Assembly: GCA_001244265.2 (NCBI GenBank)
Contig: CDLV01000004.1
Coordinates: 2,728,001 to 2,792,000 of the forward strand
Reading direction: 5' to 3'
DNA from: Microbotryum violaceum
Taxonomy: Eukaryota
DNA: 64,000 nt
Both the position numbers and the translations under genes were made by a program. Numbering within the stretch: position 1 is the first letter of the stretch; each line of letters begins with the position of its first letter. Of this stretch, positions 62,232 to 64,000 are shown piece after piece. The notes beneath the pieces were generated by a model, which saw only the letters and a program-made list of their open reading frames with translations, had not been told where the DNA came from and searched no databases.

Positions 62232-64000
62232 CACACCAAAAAGTGGCACGCGCGGCGCCCCTCCCAGCGCCACTCTTAAGCGGCGTACCCATACAGGTTG
62301 CCCCCCCCCCCTGCAACCCGGGTTGTTCGAGGGCCCGAGGCCAAGGGCACACGGAGGCTTGTGTGGGCTCCAACAGTTTCATCTCATGTACGTGTGTGCT
62401 CAAATCAGGTTATTCTAGTCATCGTAGTGTGTAATTCGTATTTGGAACACTCAGCGTCAATTTTTTCGGTAAATTATCAGCGAGGAGAGGTTCGATTAGG
62501 AAACATCATTACTAAAGTGATAAAATGGCATTATTGAACGTGATAGAGTCTCGTGCCCTTTCACCACGCTAACAAACGCAAGCGACACTGAGTGACAACG
62601 AGCGACTTGACGCCTTTTCACGCTTGACGCGCCGCTATCGACCACGTGCAGTCCTGGTCTTACCCCTTCCTGTCGCCGTTACGCTCTTCGTCATATATCT
62701 ATACTTGACGCCATCCGACGATCCGATATGTCCAGCCTGTCTGCTCCCAGCAACGCGTCAGACTTTGCCGCTCCCACCCGTGAGACGCGTCCTCGTGTTT
62801 GTGATATGGGTGGTCCTTCTGCTCACCACCGTTCCTCGCTGTTTCTGCACAGCTGCTTCGGTGCAATCGACCAACAGCGCAGACATGGGGTCCGTACTGT
62901 CTCCAATTACGGTTCAGACCCAACAGAACTACCTTCCTGCGCCCAGCGGCGCGACTCCCGAATGTGGACGAAGCACACCGCTCGCCTCAAGGCCGACCTC
63001 GTCCAACTCAATTGATCAACAAATCAAACAGATTCAGGAAGAGATCGAGCTCTCCATGATGCCGTTCGTGCGTTGCCTTCAACTTCGCGAATGTCGTCGT
63101 CGCAGAAGCAGCCCCATGTGCTCTATGGCTTGCAATGTCGCCTCGAGACAATGAAGTATTGTCTGCATCACGGCGTTTGGGACGACGACCTCGACTCGTA
63201 CATGCCTCGTGCGATCTGAAGGAATGTCACAAACGACTGGAAAGCTTTCAAGACGAGCCGCTTTTTCCACCCGCTCGTCGAGAAGGACGGACTCGAAGGT
63301 GGGCGCGGCGTCTGCCTTTCTAGCTCATCCCGAGATCGTTCATTTTGGCATTGCAAGACGCTCCTTTACGCTTCTTTGACTCACAAAGTGATCACTCTGT
63401 ACCCCTACAAAGTCTCGCAAGGTTTTTCTACGCTAAACACAATTGGATCGCGCTACTGGGAAAAAGTCAAAGACTCGCCAGATCTTTATGAACAATGGAA
63501 GGAAGCGTGGGCAAGTGAAGCCGAAGCGCGTGAACATGAGCAGACCACTCGTCCCTTCAAGCGATGGCGAATCGATCCTGCTGCCATCACCAAACTGAGT
63601 CACAAGTACGAAAAGGGGGTTCACGAACTGGTCCGTGACAATTCAGCTCTTCTCGTTGGGCTCTCCTCAATTCTCATGATCCTCCGCTGACTTAGATAGC
63701 TTGGCACTGAATCAGGTTAATCAGCATGCTGACACCTACGGATTCGACGCGTTAGTCATCGTCGGCTCGAACAAGCTCGAGAATAAAAATGATCGTTTCA
63801 TCGTTTCGACGCTTGGCGGCGCAGCTTTCATGCGGCGCCAAACTGGGGTTCTCAAAAGAACGATGTGCTCGTTAACTTCACGGAATGCATAAATGGCACC
63901 CGGTTCAATCAGGAGCGAGACGAGCAATTCAAGATGGAAGGTCTGTCAGACAAGCTTCAGAACGGACCTTGTGCTCGGCGATAGATTGGTGCTGATTCCA
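62232..64000 (+). mobile_element. Probable left end and first gene of another CMC/Plavaka-like element running out of the window
   Basis: CACACCAAAAAGTGGCACGCGCG resembles the TIR at 20149. It is followed by fragmented coding frames (62727-64000) of unknown function. Confidence 0.4.

Overview
Eukaryotic, intron-containing, GC-rich DNA from a basidiomycete fungus. It is most consistent with a Microbotryomycete such as Microbotryum (inference from TE families, intron style and CpG-transition decay). Most of the window is nested transposable elements: four Ty1/Copia elements plus two solo LTRs, two chromodomain Ty3/Gypsy ends, three L1/Tx1-type LINEs, a TIR/TSD-delimited Plavaka (CMC/EnSpm-like) element and an internally deleted AcademH-like element. 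There are also two divergent ~6.5 kb DNA transposons (30468-36911, 42988-49551) with shared AGGACCCC..GAAAGCCC TIRs and 8-bp TSDs. Each encodes a spliced gene joining an N-terminal Ulp1/C48 SUMO-protease domain and zinc-binding motifs to a P-element/THAP9-like DDE transposase; this is the most novel-looking system here. Only three host genes are recognisable: PAN6 and DIM1, both with premature stops, and an apparently intact otubain deubiquitinase. All domain calls come from motif recognition by eye; no database search was run.
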